From Archangiaceae bacterium (GTDB lineage Bacteria; Myxococcota; Myxococcia; Myxococcales; Myxococcaceae): DNA of 10,316 nt. Position numbers and translations under genes: made by a program. Below the pieces are notes generated by a model that was not told the DNA's origin, did no database searches, and saw nothing but the letters and a program-made list of their open reading frames with translations. The DNA lies in contig JAYVCD010000071.1 in assembly GCA_043750125.1 (NCBI GenBank), forward strand, positions 1 through 10,316, given 5' to 3'. Positions 1 to 6,693 of the stretch are shown here, piece after piece (positions within the stretch are counted from its first letter, which is position 1; each line of letters opens with the position of its first letter).

Positions 1-86
1 GGCTGTGCCCGGCAAGCTGTCCCCAGTTGCGAGGTGGATCAGTTTCAGACCGCCAGGTGGATCACTTTCAAGCCGCCCGGATCACA
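1..86. mobile_element. Terminal end (inverted repeat with internal tandem repeats) of a probable IS21-family insertion sequence; element body lies left of the window
   Basis: Two tandem 23-bp repeats (32-54, 55-77) are followed by CGGATCACA ending at 86. Read inward from 86 on the minus strand the sequence is TGTGATCCGGGCGGCTTGAAAGTGATCCACC..., i.e. a TGT terminus followed by repeated boxes. This is the known IS21-family end organisation, and the AGTGATCCAC box resembles the IS100 end as I recall it. Coding similarity to a PG-binding domain begins right after 86. No transposase is in the window, so left or right end cannot be assigned. Confidence 0.72.
32..77 (+). repeat. Tandem imperfect direct repeat, 2 x 23 bp (putative transposase-binding boxes)
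   Basis: AGGTGGATCAGTTTCAGACCGCC (32-54) vs AGGTGGATCACTTTCAAGCCGCC (55-77): 20/23 identical, no spacer. A partial third GGATCAC lies at 79-85. Confidence 0.9.
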
Positions 87-676
87 GGCAGTGCTGAACC
101 TCGAGAAACACCTCGAGGCTGCGGGGTACGAGTTGGGGACGCCAACCCAGAAGTTCGGCTCGCGAACGGGCGCGGCGATCAGGGCCTTTCAGCGACACTC
201 GAACCTCGAGCAGACGGGCACGGTGGACGCGCAGACCTGGGCGAAGCTGAAAAACAAGCTCTTCACCGCGAAGACCGACACCAGTCCCCGCTTCAGTCAC
301 TCTCGCCCAGGCGATCGTCGAGAGCGGCTGGGGAAAATCGGGCCTCACCCGCCGGGCGAACAACTTCTTCGGGATCAAGGGCAACGGACCTGCAGGTCAG
401 GTCACGGTGCCGACCCGGGAAGTCATCAACGGGCAAAGCGTGATGGTGCAAGCGGCCTTCCGCGCGTACCACAACGCCCAGGAGAGCTTCACCGACCACG
501 GCCGCTTCTTGAAGGACAACAGCCGCTACCACCGGGCGTTCGCGTTCAAGAAGAACCCCGAGCAGTTCGCGCGCGAGCTGCAGCGGGCGGGCTACGCCAC
601 CGACCCGAACTACGCGTCGACCCTGATCAGCATCATGCGAACGAACCACCTCGAGCAGTTCGACAAGCTCGGCTGA
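87..676 (+). pseudogene. Disrupted peptidoglycan hydrolase: PG-binding domain (PG_binding_1-like) plus GH73 glucosaminidase/FlgJ-type catalytic domain; 5' end cut by the IS end, frame break near 283
   Basis: Frame 1 (88-~282) reads AVLNLEKHLEAAGY..FGSRTGAAIRAFQRHSNLEQTGTVDAQTWAKL, a classic PG-binding helical motif. Frame 2 from 284 reads VPASVTLAQAIVESGWGKS..ANNFFGIKG..FRAY..GYATDPNYASTL, i.e. GH73 motifs including the catalytic Glu and YATDP, to TGA at 674-676. Frame 2 has a stop at 248-250 and no ATG/GTG/TTG before the catalytic Glu. Confidence 0.8.
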
Positions 677-682
677 GCTCGT

Positions 683-1195
683 TCAAGGCAGCGGGCCGTA
701 CCCGGCGTCTTTGGTCCGCGGCACCGAGAAGGTGCCGGTCAGGGTGCGGCCCTGGCCCAAATCGCCTCCCGAGGTCTCGAACAGCATCGAGAAGTTGCCC
801 TTCGAAGGCTGCCCCTCGAGCCCAATCTCAGTCAGCAGCAGGTCGCCCTTCTTCACGTTGGGAAACGTGCGCACCGCCTCGCCTCCCGGAGCGTGCGCGA
901 CCGAAGTGCGCTGGTGCCCGGGCTCGGCCTCGCCTTCCAGCGCGATCTTCACCGGCGCTCGAAGGTCGAGGGTTCCGCCATCGGGATCTCGAATCGAGAC
1001 GACGACCCGCACCACCACGTCGAGAAAGGTGTCGCGGTTCGAATAGTAACTGACTTGAATCGCCTCGTCGTTTCGCAGCACTTCCACCCGCGAGACGGTG
1101 AGCGGAAACAGCTCGCCGACGCTTCCCCCCAGCGCGTTCTCGGCCCCGCAGCCGAACAGCCCGACGCAGACCCACAAGATGCGCAGCGCCTTCAT
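683..1195 (-). CDS. Hypothetical lipoprotein, 170 aa, beta-strand-rich
   Basis: ATG start, signal peptide MKALRILWVCVGLFG-C with lipobox, coding-like composition. It starts 6 bp after the stop of the 1202-2572 gene, so the two are probably co-transcribed. Confidence 0.85.
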   Translation of the reverse strand: MKALRILWVCVGLFGCGAENALGGSVGELFPLTVSRVEVLRNDEAIQVSYYSNRDTFLDVVVRVVVSIRDPDGGTLDLRAPVKIALEGEAEPGHQRTSVAHAPGGEAVRTFPNVKKGDLLLTEIGLEGQPSKGNFSMLFETSGGDLGQGRTLTGTFSVPRTKDAGYGPLP

Positions 1196-1201
1196 CGAGC
1201 T

Positions 1202-2572
1202 TTAGCGCTCCACCGCGAGGCGGATCTTCTTCGTCTTCGGCACCCGGTACGTCACGAAGCGTTTGCCGGTGGCGAAGAAACCGATCTTCGGCAGGTACCC
1301 GCCTTCGAGATCGACCCGAACCTCGGTCCAGTTGGTGGCGATGCGCTGCGAGATGCGCAGCTCGTCATCGCGTTCGAGGCAGGTGCCCTCGGCCTGGCCC
1401 CCGCGCGGGCTGCAGACGTAATAGGCGATCGCCGGCTCGTGGTTCACCGGGTCCATCGCCAGCGACGGGTACCAACCCGACGAGCCCGCTCCGACGACGG
1501 GCTCGGCCGAGTTCCAGATCGTGCCATTGAGGCTGTGGGTGTACTGAAGCTTGTCGTCCGAATGCTCGAGGACGGCGACCCCAAACCCTTCCATCGGGTC
1601 CCACGCCAGCGAACCGCCCGACATCGTGTTGCCAATCGACAGCACCGGCGCCGCCGCGTTGGTCCAGGCTCCCGAGGCGAGCCGACGGCTGAACATGATG
1701 TCGCGGCCCGGAGTGTCCGAGCCGCCCAGCGCGCGATCATGAATGAAGGCGGGCTGCCCGTCGGCCATCACCATGTTGAGGCGGGCGCCATAGGCCTGCT
1801 TCCCGTCGCTGGCCGGGACCTGGCATTTCGTCGTCCAGCTGGTGGGGCCCCCTTCGGACACCTTCACGTAGCTGCCCGCCCAGTCCTGCTGAGGGAACTG
1901 CCCGTTGTGGACGTCACGAAAGGCCAGGTACGCCTTGGGTCCATCGAACACCAACGCGGGGAAGAGCCCGACGGCGAATCCAATGTCCAGCGGAGTGCCG
2001 CACGGTGAGCCTTCGCTGCGCGTCGCGACCGACTGCTCGGCCCACGTCGTGCCGCCGGTGCGGTAGGCGATCACCGCGTCAGACTGGTACCAGAAGGCAG
2101 ACATGTCTGATCCGCCGCCCAGGTACGCGACGGCCGGCTCTCCGCTTTGCTGAAATTGAAGGCTGAGCCCCACCACCCGCTGCACAGTGCGAATCATCTG
2201 CGGCGCGCTCGCCACGCCTTTCTTCCATTCGACGTACCGAATCTCGTAGTTGGCGGTGTTGCCTCCGTCGGCGGCGGGGGCTCCTCCAAACCCATCGACC
2301 TGAACGAAGTAGGCGACCCCCACTCTTTCCTGCGCGGGGTCCACGGCCATCGAGAGGTAGGTGAGCTCGGGTCCTCCGTTGTCGAGGTCGTAATAGCTGA
2401 ACTGCGGCTCACACTTTCCGGCCAGGCAGAGGAACCCGTCGACGCACTTCTTGGTCGCACTGCAGGCCTGCCCCGCGCCCCCGTCGACGAAGCCCCCGTC
2501 GTTCTCGCCCGGAACCGCGCTGCACGCCGAGCCCAAGAGGAGCAGTCCCATGCACCAGAATCGAATTGTCAC
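1202..2572 (-). CDS. Lipoprotein, 456 aa, with N-terminal Cys-rich module and probable beta-propeller (BNR/lectin-like blades)
   Basis: GTG start preceded by GAGGA. Lipobox LLLLGSA-C. CSATKKCVDGFLCLAGKC module (2411-2464). Repeated blade-like motifs SMAVDP..VGVAY, SLQF..PAVAY, PALVFD..YLAF, SLAWDP..GVAV, PSLAMDP..PAIAY with Trp-containing closing strands. Confidence 0.85.
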   Translation of the reverse strand: MTIRFWCMGLLLLGSACSAVPGENDGGFVDGGAGQACSATKKCVDGFLCLAGKCEPQFSYYDLDNGGPELTYLSMAVDPAQERVGVAYFVQVDGFGGAPAADGGNTANYEIRYVEWKKGVASAPQMIRTVQRVVGLSLQFQQSGEPAVAYLGGGSDMSAFWYQSDAVIAYRTGGTTWAEQSVATRSEGSPCGTPLDIGFAVGLFPALVFDGPKAYLAFRDVHNGQFPQQDWAGSYVKVSEGGPTSWTTKCQVPASDGKQAYGARLNMVMADGQPAFIHDRALGGSDTPGRDIMFSRRLASGAWTNAAAPVLSIGNTMSGGSLAWDPMEGFGVAVLEHSDDKLQYTHSLNGTIWNSAEPVVGAGSSGWYPSLAMDPVNHEPAIAYYVCSPRGGQAEGTCLERDDELRISQRIATNWTEVRVDLEGGYLPKIGFFATGKRFVTYRVPKTKKIRLAVER

Positions 2573-2662
2573 GTTGGAGATTCCTCGGAAGCGTGCGGCG
2601 GCCCGGAATGGAAGAGAAAGAGTCTACACGCGGGGTTTGTTCGTAGGCATGCTTCTGCGTTC
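2573..2662. promoter_or_regulatory. Divergent promoter region; candidate -10 hexamer TAGACT on the minus strand at 2621-2626
   Basis: This is the only sizeable intergenic gap (90 bp), lying between divergent starts 2572(-) and 2663(+), and it is less GC-rich than the flanks. TAGACT fits TAnnnT; no convincing -35 was seen. Confidence 0.45.
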
Positions 2663-3295
2663 ATGGGTCAATCGCGTCGGGTCTTTGTGCAGCGTCTGGC
2701 TTTCATCGGCGGAGGCAGTGTGCTGCTGGGTGGTTGCAAAGACGACAAGGGCGTGGTCCCGCTCGCCCCCGCCGCGAAGAGTCCGCATCAGGCGCTGACC
2801 AGTTCTCACAAAACTTTCACCAATGCCGAGTGGGACATCGTCAGCGCCGCGTGCGACCGGGTGCTGCCCAAAGACGAAGATCCCGGTGCGCTCGACGCCC
2901 ACGTCCCCGAGTACTTCGATCGCATTCTGCAATCGCCCCAGCTGCAGAAGATGAAGGCCGACTTCATTCCCGGGATCGCGGCCCTCGATCGCCGAGCGAC
3001 CCGAATGTTCAGCCAGGGCTTCGCGGCCTGCACGCCCGCCCAGCAGGACACGCTGCTGGCGATCTTCAAGGACAGCCCCGAGAAGAGCGGCGAGCAGCGC
3101 TGGTACGAGACGCTGATTGTGTTGTCGCTGGAAGGATTTCTGGGGGACCCAAGCTACGGCGGCAACCACGACAAGGTGGGCTGGGCGCTGGTCGGGTTCA
3201 CGCTGGTCGGGGCCCAGGCGGCCGAGCCGGCGCCGGGGTACGACGGGGTCAAGCACCTTCACACCGCGACGTGCGGCGGCGGCAAGGGCTGCTGA
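2663..3295 (+). CDS. Gluconate 2-dehydrogenase subunit 3 family protein (small/chaperone subunit of a flavoprotein dehydrogenase), Tat-exported lipoprotein, 210 aa
   Basis: ATG 2663 gives MGQSRRVFVQRLAFIGGGSVLLGG-C (twin-Arg plus lipobox). Family motifs ACDRVLP.DEDPGALDAHVPEYFD, F.ACTPAQQDTLL and EGFLGDPSYGGNHDKVGWALVGF. The stop overlaps the next ATG (TGATG). The ORF-track start at 2147 is an over-extension. Confidence 0.92.
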   Translation: MGQSRRVFVQRLAFIGGGSVLLGGCKDDKGVVPLAPAAKSPHQALTSSHKTFTNAEWDIVSAACDRVLPKDEDPGALDAHVPEYFDRILQSPQLQKMKADFIPGIAALDRRATRMFSQGFAACTPAQQDTLLAIFKDSPEKSGEQRWYETLIVLSLEGFLGDPSYGGNHDKVGWALVGFTLVGAQAAEPAPGYDGVKHLHTATCGGGKGC

Positions 3296-4956
3296 TGGCA
3301 CTGGACGAAGTCGACGTCTGCATCGTGGGAAGTGGAGCGGGCGGCGCTCCGATGGCGCTCGCGCTGGGCCGCGCCGGCTTCAACGTGGTGGTGCTCGAGA
3401 AGGGGGCGCACTATCAGCCGAAGGACTTCGTCCACGACGAGATCCTCAACTCGCGCCGCAACTTCTTCATGCCTTTGCCGTGGGACGAGCCCCACCTGTT
3501 GCGCAATGGAACGTCGGCTCCGTTCGCGCGCACCAACGAAGGGTGGACGGCCAACTGCGTCGGCGGCGGCACCGTGCACATGTCGGGGTATTTCTACCGA
3601 CTCAAGCCGGTCGACTTCCGGCTGAAGAGCGAGCTGGGCGCGGTGAAAGGCAGCACTCTGGCGGACTGGCCGATTGCCTATTCCGACCTGGCTCCGTTCT
3701 ATGACCAGGCCGAAGCTGAGCTCGGCGTCTCGGGCAACGCAGTACCGCACCCGTTCCTCGAGCCGCGCAAAGGCAATTACCCGCTGCCTCCGCTCGAAGA
3801 GCACCCCATCGCCCAGGAGCTCGATCGGGCGATCAAGCAGCTGGGCTGGCACCCGCTGCCCACCGCGCGGGGGATCCTCTCGCGGGCGTACAAGGGCCGT
3901 TCGCCCTGCAGCTACTGCGCGCTGTGCGGAAGCTACGGGTGCGAGCACGGGGCGAAGGCGAGCACCAACGCCTCACTGATTCCCGAAGCGCTCGCGACCG
4001 GGAAGGTGGTGCTGCGGCCCCACGCGATGGCGACCCAGGTCACCGTCGATGCGAAGGGAAACGCAAAGAGCGTGCTGTACCTCGACGCCGACGGAGTCAC
4101 CCAGGAACAGCCGGCGAAGATCATCGTCGTCAGCTGTACCGCGATCGAGAGCGCGCGGTTGCTGCTCAACTCGAAGTCGGCGCGTTTTCCCAATGGGCTG
4201 GGCAACGACAACGGACGGGTGGGCAAGAACCTGGTCTTCTCGAGCTTCGGCGAATCGAGGGCGACCTTCCGGCTGGGGAAGAACAAGCCGCGCTGGCCGT
4301 GGCTCGATGACCCGGCGCCCTTCGTCAATCGCAGCGTTCAAGATTTCTACCTGATGGCCGACGACAAGTTCGGCTTCCGCAAGGGCGGCACGATGGGCTT
4401 CATGTGGACCCACCCGAACCCGATTTTCGCCGCGGTGGGAATCGCGAAAAAGGGAAAGGACGGGGTCTTCGGCAAGCAGCTCAAAGATCGCCTTCGCGAA
4501 TACCGCGACAGCCGGATTTTGCAGTTCGAGGTCTACGGCGAGTTTCTGCCCACCGAGGGCACCTACGTCGGCGTCGACAGCAACGTGAAGGACAAGTACG
4601 GCCTGCCGGTGGCGGCGATCACCATTACCCGTCACCCTCTGGACTTGACGATGACCCGCTTCCTGGTCGAGCGGGGCGAAGAGATTCTGACGGCGCTGGA
4701 ACCCGACAAGCTCGAGCGCCTGGGGGTCGCCGGCGAGACGAAGATTCTGCAAGGCGGCACCTGCCGCTTTGGCAAGGACCCCGCCACCAGCGTGCTCGAC
4801 AAAGACTGCCGTTCGCACTTCGTGAAGAACCTCTACGTCGTCGACGGCAGCTTCATGCCCAGCAGCGGGGGCGTCCCCGTCACCCTCACCATCGCGGCGA
4901 ATGCATTTCGGGTTGCAGCCGGGCTGGTGGAACGACTCAAAACCGGCAAGAAGTGA
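3295..4956 (+). CDS. GMC family FAD-dependent oxidoreductase (dehydrogenase large subunit) with Cys cluster, 553 aa
   Basis: ATG 3295. VDVCIVGSGAGG..VVVLEKG FAD-binding fold, CVGGGTVHM, DWPIAYSDLAPFYDQAE, Cys cluster CSYCALCGSYGC, ESARLLLNS, GTCRFGKDP..SVLD..NLYVVDGSFMP. No signal peptide, consistent with piggy-back Tat export by the upstream subunit. Confidence 0.95.
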   Translation: MALDEVDVCIVGSGAGGAPMALALGRAGFNVVVLEKGAHYQPKDFVHDEILNSRRNFFMPLPWDEPHLLRNGTSAPFARTNEGWTANCVGGGTVHMSGYFYRLKPVDFRLKSELGAVKGSTLADWPIAYSDLAPFYDQAEAELGVSGNAVPHPFLEPRKGNYPLPPLEEHPIAQELDRAIKQLGWHPLPTARGILSRAYKGRSPCSYCALCGSYGCEHGAKASTNASLIPEALATGKVVLRPHAMATQVTVDAKGNAKSVLYLDADGVTQEQPAKIIVVSCTAIESARLLLNSKSARFPNGLGNDNGRVGKNLVFSSFGESRATFRLGKNKPRWPWLDDPAPFVNRSVQDFYLMADDKFGFRKGGTMGFMWTHPNPIFAAVGIAKKGKDGVFGKQLKDRLREYRDSRILQFEVYGEFLPTEGTYVGVDSNVKDKYGLPVAAITITRHPLDLTMTRFLVERGEEILTALEPDKLERLGVAGETKILQGGTCRFGKDPATSVLDKDCRSHFVKNLYVVDGSFMPSSGGVPVTLTIAANAFRVAAGLVERLKTGKK

Positions 4957-4961
4957 GCGCG

Positions 4962-5708
4962 ATGCGTTCGACGACCCTCTGGGTGCTGGTGCTTGCCGTG
5001 CTCAGCGGCTGCAAGGAAAAGCCGAATCCGGCTGGCCTGCCCCCGCGCGACGGCAGGCTGGGAGCGCGGCGCTGCTCTTCGCTTCCGGGTCAGAAGAACA
5101 AACAACTGCCGATTCTGCAGCGCCCCTTCGACAACCAGTACCCGGTCTTCTACCTCTTCGATCACGAGACGCCGGGCGACCTGGCTCCCTACGACTCGGC
5201 TTCGAAAGAGCTCGCGTACTGCGGGCTCGAGATGTTCGGCCTGCTCGAGGGAATGGACGGCTACAGCTGGGGAATGCCGATCGGGACTCCGGTGCTGGCA
5301 GCCCAGGCGGGAATCGTGGTCCAGGCCGGCTACCGGCCCGAGTATTACTGCCCGATTCTTTCCAAGATGATCGACCGCGAGCTGTCGGTGGAAGTGAAAC
5401 ACGAGAAGCTCGGCGACGTGGGCTACGCGACGACCTACAGCGGGCTTTCCACCCTGGTGGTGAAGGTGGGCGACAAAGTGAAGGCCGGGCAGCGAATCGG
5501 ACTTTCTGGAAACAGCGGGTGCGTCACCGAGCCGCTGCTGTTCTTCGTCGCCCACAAGCTCACCGGCACCAAGACCGGGCAGCCGACGGTGGTCGACCCC
5601 TATGGCTGGGACTACACGACGGCCGACCCATGGGAAAAAGATCCCCGCGGCTCGCAGAGCCTCTACCTGTGGATGGAAGGCGAAGCGCCCACGCTCGGCG
5701 GGCGCTGA
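4962..5708 (+). CDS. M23 (LytM) peptidase-fold lipoprotein, apparently catalytically inactive, 248 aa
   Basis: ATG 4962, 5 bp after the GMC stop. Lipobox VLSG-C. M23 scaffold PIGTPVLAAQAGIV..YATTY..L..VKVGDKVKAGQRIGLSGNSG..P..F..VDP. The zinc-ligand positions are substituted. Confidence 0.88.
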   Translation: MRSTTLWVLVLAVLSGCKEKPNPAGLPPRDGRLGARRCSSLPGQKNKQLPILQRPFDNQYPVFYLFDHETPGDLAPYDSASKELAYCGLEMFGLLEGMDGYSWGMPIGTPVLAAQAGIVVQAGYRPEYYCPILSKMIDRELSVEVKHEKLGDVGYATTYSGLSTLVVKVGDKVKAGQRIGLSGNSGCVTEPLLFFVAHKLTGTKTGQPTVVDPYGWDYTTADPWEKDPRGSQSLYLWMEGEAPTLGGR

Positions 5709-5712
5709 AGCT

Positions 5713-6237
5713 TCAGGGCTGCCCTTCGGTGCCCTTCAGTCGGGTCGGAATGACCGAGACCTTGAGCAGGTACTGGGCGCGGATGTCGGACGAAAATTCG
5801 ATCAGGTGATCTCCCACCCCCGACAGCTCGGCCTCGCGGTTGACGAAGCCGACGGTGTCGTTCTCGCCGACGAAGCTTCGGCCTGAGAGCGTGAGGCGGG
5901 TGCGAGATCGACAGCGGTCTTCGAAGAAGTTGATCGCGGTTTCCTGGCCCGCGGCGCCGACGTTGTCCAACTGGAAGCTGAGGCGAACCGTCGAAGGCTC
6001 GAACACCTGCACTCCAATCAACCGGGTTCCGGGAAAGCGGCCTTCGATGTAGCTCGAGTCTCCCAGCAGGCAGCCCGCGATCTTGTCGCAAATCGGCCAC
6101 TGCGCGGTGCAGCTGTCTTCGACCCGGGTGCCGAGAAAAGCTTCCCGCTTTCCCCCGCAGGCGCTCGCGAGCGCGGCAAAGGCGACGAGCCCGGCCAGTT
6201 GAGCTAAAAACCGTGGGATGAACGGTCTGGCGCGCAT
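5713..6237 (-). CDS. Hypothetical lipoprotein, 174 aa
   Basis: ATG at 6237 with GAGG 6 nt upstream gives MRARPFIPRFLAQLAGLVAFAALASA-C (lipobox). The mature part has four further Cys and beta-sandwich-like alternation. The ORF-track start at 6363 runs deep into the opposite gene and is unlikely. Confidence 0.8.
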   Translation of the reverse strand: MRARPFIPRFLAQLAGLVAFAALASACGGKREAFLGTRVEDSCTAQWPICDKIAGCLLGDSSYIEGRFPGTRLIGVQVFEPSTVRLSFQLDNVGAAGQETAINFFEDRCRSRTRLTLSGRSFVGENDTVGFVNREAELSGVGDHLIEFSSDIRAQYLLKVSVIPTRLKGTEGQP

Positions 6238-6691
6238 GTCTTGCCTCAGCATCATCGTCGCCTCATTGGGCTGTGGGAAAGAGTCGACGCCGCAAAAGCC
6301 GCAGTTGATCGTGGACCGCGAGTCTCTGGGCTTCGGCCAGGAATTCGGGTCCGGGGTCTTCATCGGGACGATGAAAACCGACTCGATTGAAATTCAGAAT
6401 GGAGGTCTCGACGACCTCAAGATCGAGACCGCGACCTACAGCGTCGAACGCGATCCCGACGGTGGAATCGGCGAGGACGCCTTCACGATCGAAGGCCCCC
6501 CGAAGACGACGCTGAAGGGAAAGGAGCGGACCTTCATTCGCATCGTCTTCACCCCCAAAGGCGAGAAAATCTACCGCGGCTCGGTGCTGATCGTCTCGAA
6601 CGCCGAGGACAACCCGGCCACCAAGAGCGCGGCGATGAAGAAGATCGTCATCAGCGGTCGTGGGTTCAAGCAGGGGGACGCTGGGCCGTAG
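6218..6691 (+). CDS. Lipoprotein with a single Ig-like domain (ASPM-SPD-2-Hydin / choice-of-anchor D type), 157 aa
   Basis: MNGLARMSCLSIIVASLG-C lipobox. Pattern PQLIVDRESLGFG..IEIQNGG.DDLKI..FTI..IRIVFTP..YRGSVLIVSN is typical of ASH/choice-of-anchor D domains. An alternative ATG lies at 6236. Confidence 0.82.
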   Translation: MNGLARMSCLSIIVASLGCGKESTPQKPQLIVDRESLGFGQEFGSGVFIGTMKTDSIEIQNGGLDDLKIETATYSVERDPDGGIGEDAFTIEGPPKTTLKGKERTFIRIVFTPKGEKIYRGSVLIVSNAEDNPATKSAAMKKIVISGRGFKQGDAGP

Positions 6692-6693
6692 CA

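Noticed and set aside
32-86. 23-bp repeats as a CRISPR array remnant
   Set aside because: The repeats are directly adjacent with no spacers and there are only two copies. The TGT/ACA end fits an IS terminus better.
247-258. Programmed ribosomal frameshift at CTG AAA AAC joining the PG-binding and GH73 domains
   Set aside because: G-AAA-AAC is not a full slippery heptamer, a -1 shift would enter frame 3 rather than the required frame 2, and part of the GH73 N-terminus appears to be missing anyway.
407-676. Stand-alone 89-aa glucosaminidase gene
   Set aside because: It starts downstream of the catalytic Glu and NxFGIK motif, so it is only a fragment of the disrupted gene.
34-1053. 339-aa ORF as a real full-length protein
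   Set aside because: Only about 88-282 is protein-like (PG-binding). The rest is Arg/Pro-rich out-of-frame read-through across the GH73 frame and antisense to the 683-1195 gene.
2147-2662. N-terminal extensions given by the ORF track (starts 2147, 2734, 4404, 6363)
   Set aside because: Signal peptides, the FAD motif and stop/start coupling place the true starts at 2663, 3295, 4962 and 6237. The extensions overlap other genes.
3907-3948. CSYCALCGSYGCEH as a heme c or radical-SAM motif
   Set aside because: There is no CxxCH and the spacing is not CxxxCxxC. The position matches the Fe-S-binding Cys region of flavoprotein dehydrogenase large subunits.
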